Shown here in pieces: positions 10,079-18,241 of a DNA stretch of 64,000 nucleotides. This DNA comes from Patescibacteria group bacterium (GTDB lineage Bacteria > Patescibacteriota > Minisyncoccia > JAHISW01 > Tagabacteraceae). The stretch lies in the NCBI GenBank assembly GCA_018819015.1, contig JAHJQY010000016.1, positions 18,064 through 82,063 on the forward strand, given 5' to 3'. Under the pieces are notes generated by a model. It made no database searches and was not told the origin of the DNA. It saw only the letters and a program-made list of their open reading frames with translations. Within the stretch, counting starts at the first letter, position 1. Every line of letters begins with the position of its first letter. The position numbers and the translations under genes are program-made.

Positions 10079-10085
10079 CATTAAA

Positions 10086-10535
10086 ATGTCTCAAAACAAA
10101 GAAATATATCTCATCCTCCACAACGTCCGCAGTCTGTATAATGTCGGCTCTATTTTTAGAACGGCTGATTGCGCCGGTGTGAAAAAAATTTTCCTGACCG
10201 GCTACACGCCGGAACCGGCTCCAAAAACCGCGCTCGGCGCGGAGAAAACCGTCCTTTGGGAAAAACACAAAAACATCTCCACCCTAATTTCCAATGTTCG
10301 AAGTTCAACTTCGAACATTAAAATAGTTGTGGTAGAACAAGACAAAAAAGCGATAAATTATAAAAATTTTAAACCAAAATATCCGCTAGTTTTAATTTTA
10401 GGCAATGAGGTGCGCGGGCTTTCCAAGCAAATCATCAAAAAATGCGACGCCATTATTGAAATCCCAATGAAGGGAAAAAAAGAATCTTTAAATGTGGCCG
10501 TGGCGGCCGGTATTATATTATTTTCTCTAAATTAA
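10086..10535 (+). CDS. TrmH/SpoU-family RNA methyltransferase
   Basis: NVGSIFRTAD, LGNEVRGL, IPMKGKKESLNVAVA SPOUT motifs. Confidence 0.93.
   Translation: MSQNKEIYLILHNVRSLYNVGSIFRTADCAGVKKIFLTGYTPEPAPKTALGAEKTVLWEKHKNISTLISNVRSSTSNIKIVVVEQDKKAINYKNFKPKYPLVLILGNEVRGLSKQIIKKCDAIIEIPMKGKKESLNVAVAAGIILFSLN
10293..10319. repeat. intragenic palindrome family A copy in TrmH gene
   Basis: AATGTTCGAAGTT-C-AACTTCGAACATT. Confidence 0.95.
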
Positions 10536-10541
10536 ACTGAA

Positions 10542-11420
10542 TCAGTAGGCAACACTGCCAACTATATTACCTTCTTTATCCTGCACAATTATATTTTCCC
10601 ATTTGTCTCTCCACAATTCCGCGCTTCTGTTCAAATAAATTCTCCATTCTGGTTTATAAAAATCTGCGTCATTTTTATGCGCCTCAACACAAGAATTATA
10701 GCTTAAGATTTTATTTATACTTGTTACACATTGGTCATCCAAACCAAAAGGAATCGTGAAATTGGCCCGGCAACGCGCGAGAGTGTCTATATAAGACCGG
10801 CATTGGGGCTTAAGAGAAGCTGGCCATTGTTCGTCTTTAGGATAAGGGCATTCCTGCGGAAGATACGGTTCAAACTCGCGATTCTGACTAAAATAACCGG
10901 TGCATTTATTCAAACGGAAACTTTGCCCCAATGGGCTCTTGTCTGTAATAATGATAGCTTTATCTCCGGGGGACAAAATAATGTCACTTTCCGCATTGAC
11001 CTGATTACTAATAAATAAATTGGCCGCTTGCGGCAATTTCAAATCAAGACCCTGCTGGCCTTTTATAATCCAACCGGTTATATCCAGCCCTTGCTGATTG
11101 GATTTTGAAGCGCCTATTTCTATATATTCTTTTTGAGGATCAGTGTTTCTCGCGTTGCGCGTATACAAAGAAATTTTACCCTTGTCGCTTGCGTTGCTGC
11201 TGACTTTTTCGGCTGTGCCCGAATTTTCAAAAAAATCAGTTTTATCACTTTCAGAAATCTCAAAACTGCCGGACTTAGTCTGTTCAACATCAAGAAAAGG
11301 GCTTCGTGGCGCGCCCTGCTGAGGGCCGCCTTGTACAAACCAAATAACGCCTAAAATTATCAAAACAAGAAGTATTAACCCTATGTCTCTCCCTGGTTTT
11401 CTTATAATTTCATCCGCCAT
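10542..11420 (-). CDS. membrane-anchored extracytoplasmic protein (lamin-tail-like Ig domain, Cys-rich)
   Basis: N-terminal TM, EYIEI...DITGW pattern, several Cys. Confidence 0.6.
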   Translation of the reverse strand: MADEIIRKPGRDIGLILLVLIILGVIWFVQGGPQQGAPRSPFLDVEQTKSGSFEISESDKTDFFENSGTAEKVSSNASDKGKISLYTRNARNTDPQKEYIEIGASKSNQQGLDITGWIIKGQQGLDLKLPQAANLFISNQVNAESDIILSPGDKAIIITDKSPLGQSFRLNKCTGYFSQNREFEPYLPQECPYPKDEQWPASLKPQCRSYIDTLARCRANFTIPFGLDDQCVTSINKILSYNSCVEAHKNDADFYKPEWRIYLNRSAELWRDKWENIIVQDKEGNIVGSVAY

Positions 11421-11435
11421 ATTTTTATGATAACA

Positions 11436-12749
11436 TTACACACTTGATTTTAATAAAGCGAGTTCTTCCCGAACAACTTCCCGGTCATCCCATTCAATTT
11501 TAGTTCCCTTGGGGCCCATAATCCAAGGATCTGTCCCTTTGCCTGTGATGAGAACTGTATCGCCGGTTTTCGCTATTTTAAGCGCCTCGGCAATGGCTTC
11601 CCGTCTGTTAATAATCATCTTGTATTTAAAAGGTGATTTTTTTATTCCTTCGGCAATATCCTCCACAATTTTTTTTGGGCTTTCATCATAAGGATCCTCG
11701 TTGGTCAAAATGACTTCGTCGCAGCAAGCGGCCGCGATTTTGCCCATTTCGGCCCTTTTCCATTTGTCGCGGCCGCCGCCGGCCGCGCCCAAAACGCATA
11801 TCTTGCGCGAAGTCTGAAAAACTTCGTAAAGTTTTTCCAGCGAATCCGGCGTATGCGCGTAATCCACGACCACCTTGAAATCCTGTCCTTCTTCCACAAA
11901 TTCCACTCTCCCCGGAATACCCTTAAAGTTTTCCAGGGCGATTTTTATATCTCCCCAACCGACAGCTTGCGAACGCACAAAAGCCGCGGCCGCCAAAATA
12001 TTATAAAGGTTGAATTCGCCCAAAAGACCGGAATTAAATTCCTTGGCATCAACAACAAACTTAATGCCGAACTTGTTTAGAATATAGCTACTAGGGTATA
12101 GGGCATAGGGTATATTTATTTTTTCCGTCGGCGAATTTAATCCGTAAACCCATTTTTCATCCGCCTTAAAATCCAAAAATTGGACGGCATTTTTATCGTC
12201 TCCATTCACAATTATTACCTTCTTTTTTTTATATGATTTCTCAAGAACCTCAAAAAGTTTCAATTTCGCTTCCTTGTACTTTTCAAAGGAACCATGCGCT
12301 TCAATGTGCTCCAAAGACAAATTGGTAAAAATCACCGCGTCAAGGCCGATAAATTTATGACGAAACTGCGAAACGCCCTGCGACGTCATTTCCAAAAGAG
12401 CATATTGGCATTTTTCTTTTGCCGCCCGCCTTAAAAATCTTTGAAGAAAAAACCTGCCCGGAGTTGTCATCTTCTTCTCGTTGCGTTCCGATTCTTTGCC
12501 TATCTTAAAACGCAAAGTTGAAACCAGCGCGGTTTTATAACCGGCCTGTTCCAAAATAGCGCTCATAATTTCCAAAACACTGGTTTTCCCTTTGGTGCCG
12601 GTAACACCGACCACAAAAATTTTCCTGGAAGGAAATCTGTAAATCAAAGCCGCTAAAAAAGCCAGCAGCCAATGATAGGTTGGTTGAAAAAATTCAAATA
12701 ATTTTTTAGGAATAAGACTTTTGATAAAAATTAATATTTTGTTTATCAT
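11436..12749 (-). CDS. murE: UDP-MurNAc-tripeptide synthetase MurE
   Basis: GVTGTKGKT, TNLSLEHIE, VDYAHTPDSL, GGGRDKWKR, GKG. Confidence 0.92.
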   Translation of the reverse strand: MINKILIFIKSLIPKKLFEFFQPTYHWLLAFLAALIYRFPSRKIFVVGVTGTKGKTSVLEIMSAILEQAGYKTALVSTLRFKIGKESERNEKKMTTPGRFFLQRFLRRAAKEKCQYALLEMTSQGVSQFRHKFIGLDAVIFTNLSLEHIEAHGSFEKYKEAKLKLFEVLEKSYKKKKVIIVNGDDKNAVQFLDFKADEKWVYGLNSPTEKINIPYALYPSSYILNKFGIKFVVDAKEFNSGLLGEFNLYNILAAAAFVRSQAVGWGDIKIALENFKGIPGRVEFVEEGQDFKVVVDYAHTPDSLEKLYEVFQTSRKICVLGAAGGGRDKWKRAEMGKIAAACCDEVILTNEDPYDESPKKIVEDIAEGIKKSPFKYKMIINRREAIAEALKIAKTGDTVLITGKGTDPWIMGPKGTKIEWDDREVVREELALLKSSV

Positions 12750-12756
12750 AAAAAGA

Positions 12757-13335
12757 TTAATGTTTATTCATGTTCCTCAGCGCGTGTTTAACGATTTTCT
12801 CTGTTCCTTTGGCATCTTCCGGCAAATTACGAAGCGCGTCGCGACTTTCTTTCAATGAATAACCCAAAGACCGCAAAGCTTCAAGCGCGTCCTCTTCTTC
12901 CTTAAACCCTTGGCCTGTTTTATCCACTCCGGCCGCGCCAAGTTTATCCCTCAATTCCACCACGATTTTTTCCGACAACCGCCGGCCTACGCCGGAAACT
13001 TTAGTCAGATACGAAGTTTCCCCGGCCGCGATGGCTTTTTTAAGCGCGTCCAATGGCGCCACAGAAATAATCGCCAAGGCGCTTTTGGGACCGATGCCGG
13101 AAATACCGATAAGCATTTCAAAAAAATGAAGTTCCGCATAATTTAAAAATCCATAAAGATCCATTAAATTTTCCCGAACGTGCTGATGTGTCCACAGCAA
13201 AACCGGCCCCTTCTTTTTGGCCGCCTCTTTCATGGTTTCAAAAGCAACAAAAACGCGGTAGCCAACCCCGTTCACGTCCAGCACCACAAAACGCTCTGTT
13301 TTGAACTTAATTTCCCCCTCCAATTGGATTATCAT
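12757..13335 (-). CDS. ruvA: Holliday junction branch migration protein RuvA
   Basis: LDVNGVGY, LYGF, ISGIGPKSAL, VSGVGRRLSEKIVVEL. Confidence 0.96.
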   Translation of the reverse strand: MIIQLEGEIKFKTERFVVLDVNGVGYRVFVAFETMKEAAKKKGPVLLWTHQHVRENLMDLYGFLNYAELHFFEMLIGISGIGPKSALAIISVAPLDALKKAIAAGETSYLTKVSGVGRRLSEKIVVELRDKLGAAGVDKTGQGFKEEEDALEALRSLGYSLKESRDALRNLPEDAKGTEKIVKHALRNMNKH

Positions 13336-13390
13336 GCCTATATCTTACCATGAACTTGCGTTTTTTAAGATAATTGATAAAGTAGAGAAT

Positions 13391-13651
13391 ATGCCAATTA
13401 CACGTTCAGCAAAAAAGGCCCTCAGGCAATCGGAAAAGAAAAGGATTTTTAATATCAGAAGAAAAAAAGAAATGAGAGGCCGGCTAAAAGAGATTAAAAA
13501 ACTTCTTGAAGAAAATAAAAAAGAAGCCGCTTTAAAGTTGGTTCCAACCGCTTACAAAGCGCTGGACAAAGCGGCCAAAAGGGGAGTCATCAAGAAAAAC
13601 ACCGCCAGCCGAAAAAAATCCCGCCTGATGCGGGCCATCCTCAAGATTTAA
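13391..13651 (+). CDS. rpsT: 30S ribosomal protein S20
   Basis: MPITRSAKKALRQ, LDKAAKRGVIKKNTASRKKSRL. Confidence 0.97.
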   Translation: MPITRSAKKALRQSEKKRIFNIRRKKEMRGRLKEIKKLLEENKKEAALKLVPTAYKALDKAAKRGVIKKNTASRKKSRLMRAILKI

Positions 13652-13667
13652 ATATTATATAGTTTTA

Positions 13668-14387
13668 TTAAATCCTCAATAAAAATCTTTCCAAGCCGAT
13701 AGCCAGACCGCCAACGCCCTGGCGATCTTTGTGATAAAGGCCAACCAAATCACCCATAAAATTTTCCAATTCTTTTTCTTCAAACAAATCCGCCCCCCTC
13801 TTGGCCTTGCCATAAACAAACCGGTGCAAATCTTTTCCTCCTCCCTTTTTGACCAAAATTAAATTCTTAATCTGCCACAAAACTTTCCAAAAAAATTCCT
13901 CCGCCGGAACGCCTTCAAAAACTTCTTTCTGAAACAAGAGCCATGCCTCATTTCTTTTTCTTAGGGCCACCAAATCGGCTAGGCGGAAAAGTTTGTTAAC
14001 GGCCTGTTTTTCTTCATCTTTTTTCCCGCCCGGAACGGAAAATTCCCAGACATTTTTCGTATATTTTTTAATTTCATCCAGATAATCTTTCTTAACTTCT
14101 TCTTCAAAAAAAATAAAAATATTTTCCGAATCGCTTATCCTGCTCAAATTATTCAAAATATAATCCCGGCCGGCCGTATTGCCCAACAGCCTCTTGGCCG
14201 CCACCAAGTTTTTTCCGGAAAAAAGATTGCTCGTCTTTAAAGCATCCTCAAAAAGAGAAACTTCAAAAGATTCCTCGTCAAATTTAAAAAAAGATAAATT
14301 TTTCTCCTTTTCTAAAAATTGCGCCGCGATAGCGTTAAATTTTTCGTGGCCTCTTCCAACATCATTCCCGAAAACAAAATAGAGCAT
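13668..14387 (-). CDS. holA: DNA polymerase III delta subunit-like protein
   Basis: MLYFVFGND start, NLFSGKNLV, FRLADLV, LERFLL end; adjacent to rpsT. Confidence 0.6.
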   Translation of the reverse strand: MLYFVFGNDVGRGHEKFNAIAAQFLEKEKNLSFFKFDEESFEVSLFEDALKTSNLFSGKNLVAAKRLLGNTAGRDYILNNLSRISDSENIFIFFEEEVKKDYLDEIKKYTKNVWEFSVPGGKKDEEKQAVNKLFRLADLVALRKRNEAWLLFQKEVFEGVPAEEFFWKVLWQIKNLILVKKGGGKDLHRFVYGKAKRGADLFEEKELENFMGDLVGLYHKDRQGVGGLAIGLERFLLRI

Positions 14388-14396
14388 AAGTTGCTT

Positions 14397-15185
14397 TTAT
14401 AAATATTTTTGGCCCAACACATCTTTCACTTTTTGAACAATTTCGGCCGGAGAAAAATTCGCCTTAATTAAATAATCCGCGGCTCCGGCCGCCAAAGCGC
14501 TGTCCACCTCATCTTTTTCGCACAAATTGCTTAAAATAATAACCGGTACATCCTTAATAACAGGTTCCTTCTTAATCTGGGCCAAAAACTCGTAGCCGTC
14601 CATGCCGGGCAAAATCAAATCCAATAATATTATTTGGGGCATCTTTTTCTTAATTATCTCAAGGGCTTCTTTGGCGTCTATGGCCGCCTGAACATCAAAA
14701 CCTTCCTTGCTTAATTTTCGAGAAATTACTTCTCTTAGAAATTCGTCATCCTCAACAATTAAAACAGAAACAGTTCTCCGCAATTTCTCATCTTGAGATT
14801 TGTCAGGAAGACTGAAACCAATAACTTTCTCAACTTTATCCAAAACATCTTGAGGGGTAAAATCAGCTTTTACAAGATAATCTTTCACCCCCAATTTTAA
14901 TACCCGGTCAATCTCAACCGGCTGGCCGGAATTTGAAATAATAATAATAGGCACCGTGTTTTTCTTCCTGTGCAAACTCTCCAACACCTCAAGGCCGTCT
15001 TTTTTGGGAAGCAAAATATCCAAAAGAACCAAGTCCGGCTTTTCTTCCTCAATCAGTCTTTCTCCTTCCTCTCCGTCTTCCGCAGAAACAACATCAAATC
15101 CCACCATTTGCAATTTAGATTTCATGGCCATAAGAAGCGGTTTTTCATCTTCTATGATAAGTATTTTCTTTTTGCTGTTAACCAT
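14397..15185 (-). CDS. response regulator with two tandem receiver domains and no output domain
   Basis: ILIIEDE..LLDILLPKKDG..DYLVKA and VLIVEDD..LLDLILPGMDG..DYLIKA. Confidence 0.93.
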   Translation of the reverse strand: MVNSKKKILIIEDEKPLLMAMKSKLQMVGFDVVSAEDGEEGERLIEEEKPDLVLLDILLPKKDGLEVLESLHRKKNTVPIIIISNSGQPVEIDRVLKLGVKDYLVKADFTPQDVLDKVEKVIGFSLPDKSQDEKLRRTVSVLIVEDDEFLREVISRKLSKEGFDVQAAIDAKEALEIIKKKMPQIILLDLILPGMDGYEFLAQIKKEPVIKDVPVIILSNLCEKDEVDSALAAGAADYLIKANFSPAEIVQKVKDVLGQKYL

Positions 15186-15205
15186 ACTATGTTATTAATT
15201 TTATA

Positions 15206-16864
15206 TTAATTCTTTGGCAGAGTAAAATAAAACTTGCTTCCCCTGCCGGCATCAGACTCAAACCAAATTTTGCCGCCATGCCCCTTTATAATATTTTTAG
15301 TCAGATAAAGTCCGAGTCCTGAACCTTCGGTCTGCATTTTAACCACGTTGTCGGCCCTAAAAAACTTGCTGAAAACTCTGCCCTGCTGCTTCTTTGGAAT
15401 CCCGACGCCCGTGTCGGCAACAGAAACCTCAACAAACCTGCCTTTCTTTTTTACGGAAACAATAACCCGCCCGCCCGAGGACGTATAACGAATTGCGTTG
15501 TCAATCAGATTAGAAAGGGCCATTCTTAGCCGGCGAATATCAATTTTTAACAATAATGGCTCTTTTTTCTCTTCAAAAATCAACTTCACTTTTCTCCTTG
15601 CCGCCTCTACCCTAAAAGAATCAACGGTCTCTTCAACAAAACCAATAACGTCGTTTTCCAAAAAATCAAAACCAAATTTTCCTTCTTCCACGCGGCTGAT
15701 ATCCAACAAGTCGTTTACCAAGCGAGCCATTCTTTCGTTTGCCAAATAACCTTTTTCCAGAAAATTCTTTTGTTCTAAAGAAAGAGGGCCGAAATCGCCA
15801 TCCAGGGTCATTTTTAAAATCCACTTTACCGAAGAAAGAGGAGTTCTCAATTGATGGGCCGCTATAGTAATAAACTCGGCTTTTAGGCGATCAATCATTT
15901 TGCTCCTTGTTACATCATGAATAACGAACATAGTGCCTTCTTTATCGTCTTCATCAATACGCACGGTTTTAGCCGAGATATTAAAAAAGTATTCCTCTTC
16001 TTTTGCGGTGTCAAAAAGAGAAAGATCTTTTGCTAAAAATTTTTCCTTGCCCGTACTTTTAATTTCTTTAAACAAATCGGCAAAACATTTATGCACTCCT
16101 ATTTCAGCGATTTTTTTGCCGACAACATTTTTTTGTTTTATCTTGAGATTTTTTTCTGCCTGCGGATTAACCATCATCACCCTGCCTGCGCTATCCAACA
16201 TAATCAGGCCGTCCACCAAACTGTCCAAAATAAGGGCGATTTTTTCTTTTTCTTCTATTATTTCTTTTGTTGCCTTCTTAATTTTTTGTTCCAATTGCTT
16301 GCGGCTTAGCAAGGCCATTTGCCCTTTTTCCAAAAACTCAATCGGCAGCTCGTCGTCCATGGACAAAACAATTTTATGTTTTGATTTTTCTCTTTTAATT
16401 ATCCTGTAATAAACCTTCTTTTTTGTTATCCTCTCGTAAACACCCGCCAAAATTCCTCTTTCCAAGCTTAAATCATATGTTTCTGAAAATTTGCCGGATG
16501 GCATGTTTGATATTTCAACCTTTGCCGTATTTTTATTCAAATCCATTTCATTAACCCTTATGCGGCCCCATCCCGATTCCATAAAAATAGCGTTGCAAAC
16601 AATCTTAATTTTGGTCTTTTTGCTAAATTTTACTTTTTCCTTCTTAAGAATTGATTCCAGCGAACAAACGAAACCGCGACCCAAACCTTCACCAATCTTA
16701 TAAATCAATAACTCCGCCCCTTCTTTGCCCAGAAGGCGCACAAAGACAGAGTGCAAGGTTTTAACAATATCAACAGGCACCAACAAGCTTTGTCTGCCTG
16801 CGGCATACAAAACACCCTTGAGGTCGTCCAACTCTATATACTTTACAGATTTTAATCCCATCAA
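15206..16864 (-). CDS. cytoplasmic V4R-like/PAS sensor histidine kinase
   Basis: SGWGRI...RGILAGVY V4R-like N-terminus, PAS (DGLIMLD..MVNPQAE), AHQLRTPL H-box, N/G1/G2 boxes. Confidence 0.88.
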   Translation of the reverse strand: MMGLKSVKYIELDDLKGVLYAAGRQSLLVPVDIVKTLHSVFVRLLGKEGAELLIYKIGEGLGRGFVCSLESILKKEKVKFSKKTKIKIVCNAIFMESGWGRIRVNEMDLNKNTAKVEISNMPSGKFSETYDLSLERGILAGVYERITKKKVYYRIIKREKSKHKIVLSMDDELPIEFLEKGQMALLSRKQLEQKIKKATKEIIEEKEKIALILDSLVDGLIMLDSAGRVMMVNPQAEKNLKIKQKNVVGKKIAEIGVHKCFADLFKEIKSTGKEKFLAKDLSLFDTAKEEEYFFNISAKTVRIDEDDKEGTMFVIHDVTRSKMIDRLKAEFITIAAHQLRTPLSSVKWILKMTLDGDFGPLSLEQKNFLEKGYLANERMARLVNDLLDISRVEEGKFGFDFLENDVIGFVEETVDSFRVEAARRKVKLIFEEKKEPLLLKIDIRRLRMALSNLIDNAIRYTSSGGRVIVSVKKKGRFVEVSVADTGVGIPKKQQGRVFSKFFRADNVVKMQTEGSGLGLYLTKNIIKGHGGKIWFESDAGRGSKFYFTLPKN

Positions 16865-16882
16865 TATTTGGCTTTATGGGCG

Positions 16883-17920
16883 CTAAGACGACTTTCTTCT
16901 GACAAAAATCAAATAAACCAGGAGAGTGGTGGAAAATATTATAGTGAAACCGCTAACAAAACTTCCTATGGATAATTGGGGCATGTGGCTAATTATATGA
17001 GCAACATTGCATCCTCCCGCGGCAGTGACCGCGCCAACGCCCATCAGCAGCCCGCCGACAAAAAGAGCCGGAATTCTTTTCGCTTTCGGCCATACAATCC
17101 TAAATTCTCCCGCAATTACCGCCGAAACAAAAACGCCCAAAAGAATTCCCGTGATTTCAGCTACCGGCCAATCAAAAGGCAAACTGCCCGTGAACAAAGC
17201 TTTAAAATAAGAAGCATATCCCTTAATAAAACCCCCCAAACCGGCAGGAGATTTTCCTGTCAAAAAAGCTATCATTTCAAGCGCGCCCAAAGAAACACCG
17301 ACAACAGCGGGCGCCCAAAGAGTTTTAAAAATTTTAGAAAAAATGGAAGTTCCCTGTGCGGACGCCTGCTGGTCTTCAACAGCGTGAACTTCTTTTTTGC
17401 TCTTTAGTCTAATTAACAAATAAACGGAAAGGGCAGACAAAACCATTACAACAACCCAATGATTAACCCCCAACAAAGCGTCAAGCGTCGGGCTTTTGCC
17501 ATTCAGCATGACTTTTGTGGATTCCTGTAAAAATACCCTGTAAGAAGTAAGCGGACCCCAAATTACCGACCATCCGCCAATGGCCATGCCCAAAAGCGTC
17601 AGCCAGTACCCAATTTTTCCGCTAGCGGCCCTCAAGGGAGTACCGACTATGCAGCTACCGGACAAAACCATGCCCACAGAAAAAAGAACGGCGCCGATTA
17701 TGCTGGCCGCCCAAAAAAACGGTTTTGGATTAAGCGCTATAACCCCCAAACTGGACAAAACATGGAAGCCAAGCATGGTCGCCAAAAAAGCCCAAATGGC
17801 CGCCTTGATTACCCTATAATCCCTGGATATCACCATATTGGCAAAACCATTATACATACAAAAGAAACCCCTGCGAATAATAAAGCCCAAAAGCAGGCCG
17901 ACTATTAATCCTTCAATCAT
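16883..17920 (-). CDS. YeeE/YedE-family sulfur (thiosulfate) transporter
   Basis: RRGFFCM, GMVLSGSC, GGLLMGVGAVTAAGGCN conserved Cys motifs; multi-TM. Confidence 0.88.
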   Translation of the reverse strand: MIEGLIVGLLLGFIIRRGFFCMYNGFANMVISRDYRVIKAAIWAFLATMLGFHVLSSLGVIALNPKPFFWAASIIGAVLFSVGMVLSGSCIVGTPLRAASGKIGYWLTLLGMAIGGWSVIWGPLTSYRVFLQESTKVMLNGKSPTLDALLGVNHWVVVMVLSALSVYLLIRLKSKKEVHAVEDQQASAQGTSIFSKIFKTLWAPAVVGVSLGALEMIAFLTGKSPAGLGGFIKGYASYFKALFTGSLPFDWPVAEITGILLGVFVSAVIAGEFRIVWPKAKRIPALFVGGLLMGVGAVTAAGGCNVAHIISHMPQLSIGSFVSGFTIIFSTTLLVYLIFVRRKSS

Positions 17921-17989
17921 AATAATAAATAATTAAAAAAATAATAATGCTAAAATTAATAATAAAAACGACCCAATAAACTAACTTTT

Positions 17990-18232
17990 TTAATTTTGAA
18001 CTATCACGCGCCAGCGCGACAGGCTATATTTTACCACTTTAACCTTATGCCCCCTCCTCTCAAATTCTTCGGGAAAATTATCTATTGCCGGCGGGTGGTC
18101 TACGGTAATTTCCAAAATTTTTAAACCGGCTTTCAAATCCGCCCCAATCTCCTCTATTTTTTTTATCGCCGAAATCAAAGTATAAGGGCAGATCTCTCCC
18201 TCCAGATCCAATTTTACAACTTCAACAGCCAT
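17990..18232 (-). CDS. TusA/SirA (YeeD-like) sulfurtransferase
   Basis: LDLEGEICPYT motif, VDHPPAIDN. Confidence 0.88.
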   Translation of the reverse strand: MAVEVVKLDLEGEICPYTLISAIKKIEEIGADLKAGLKILEITVDHPPAIDNFPEEFERRGHKVKVVKYSLSRWRVIVQN

Positions 18233-18241
18233 ATTATTATT

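Noticed and set aside
10017-10268. 83-aa minus-strand ORF
   Set aside because: Antisense to tRNA-Lys and the TrmH gene; spurious.
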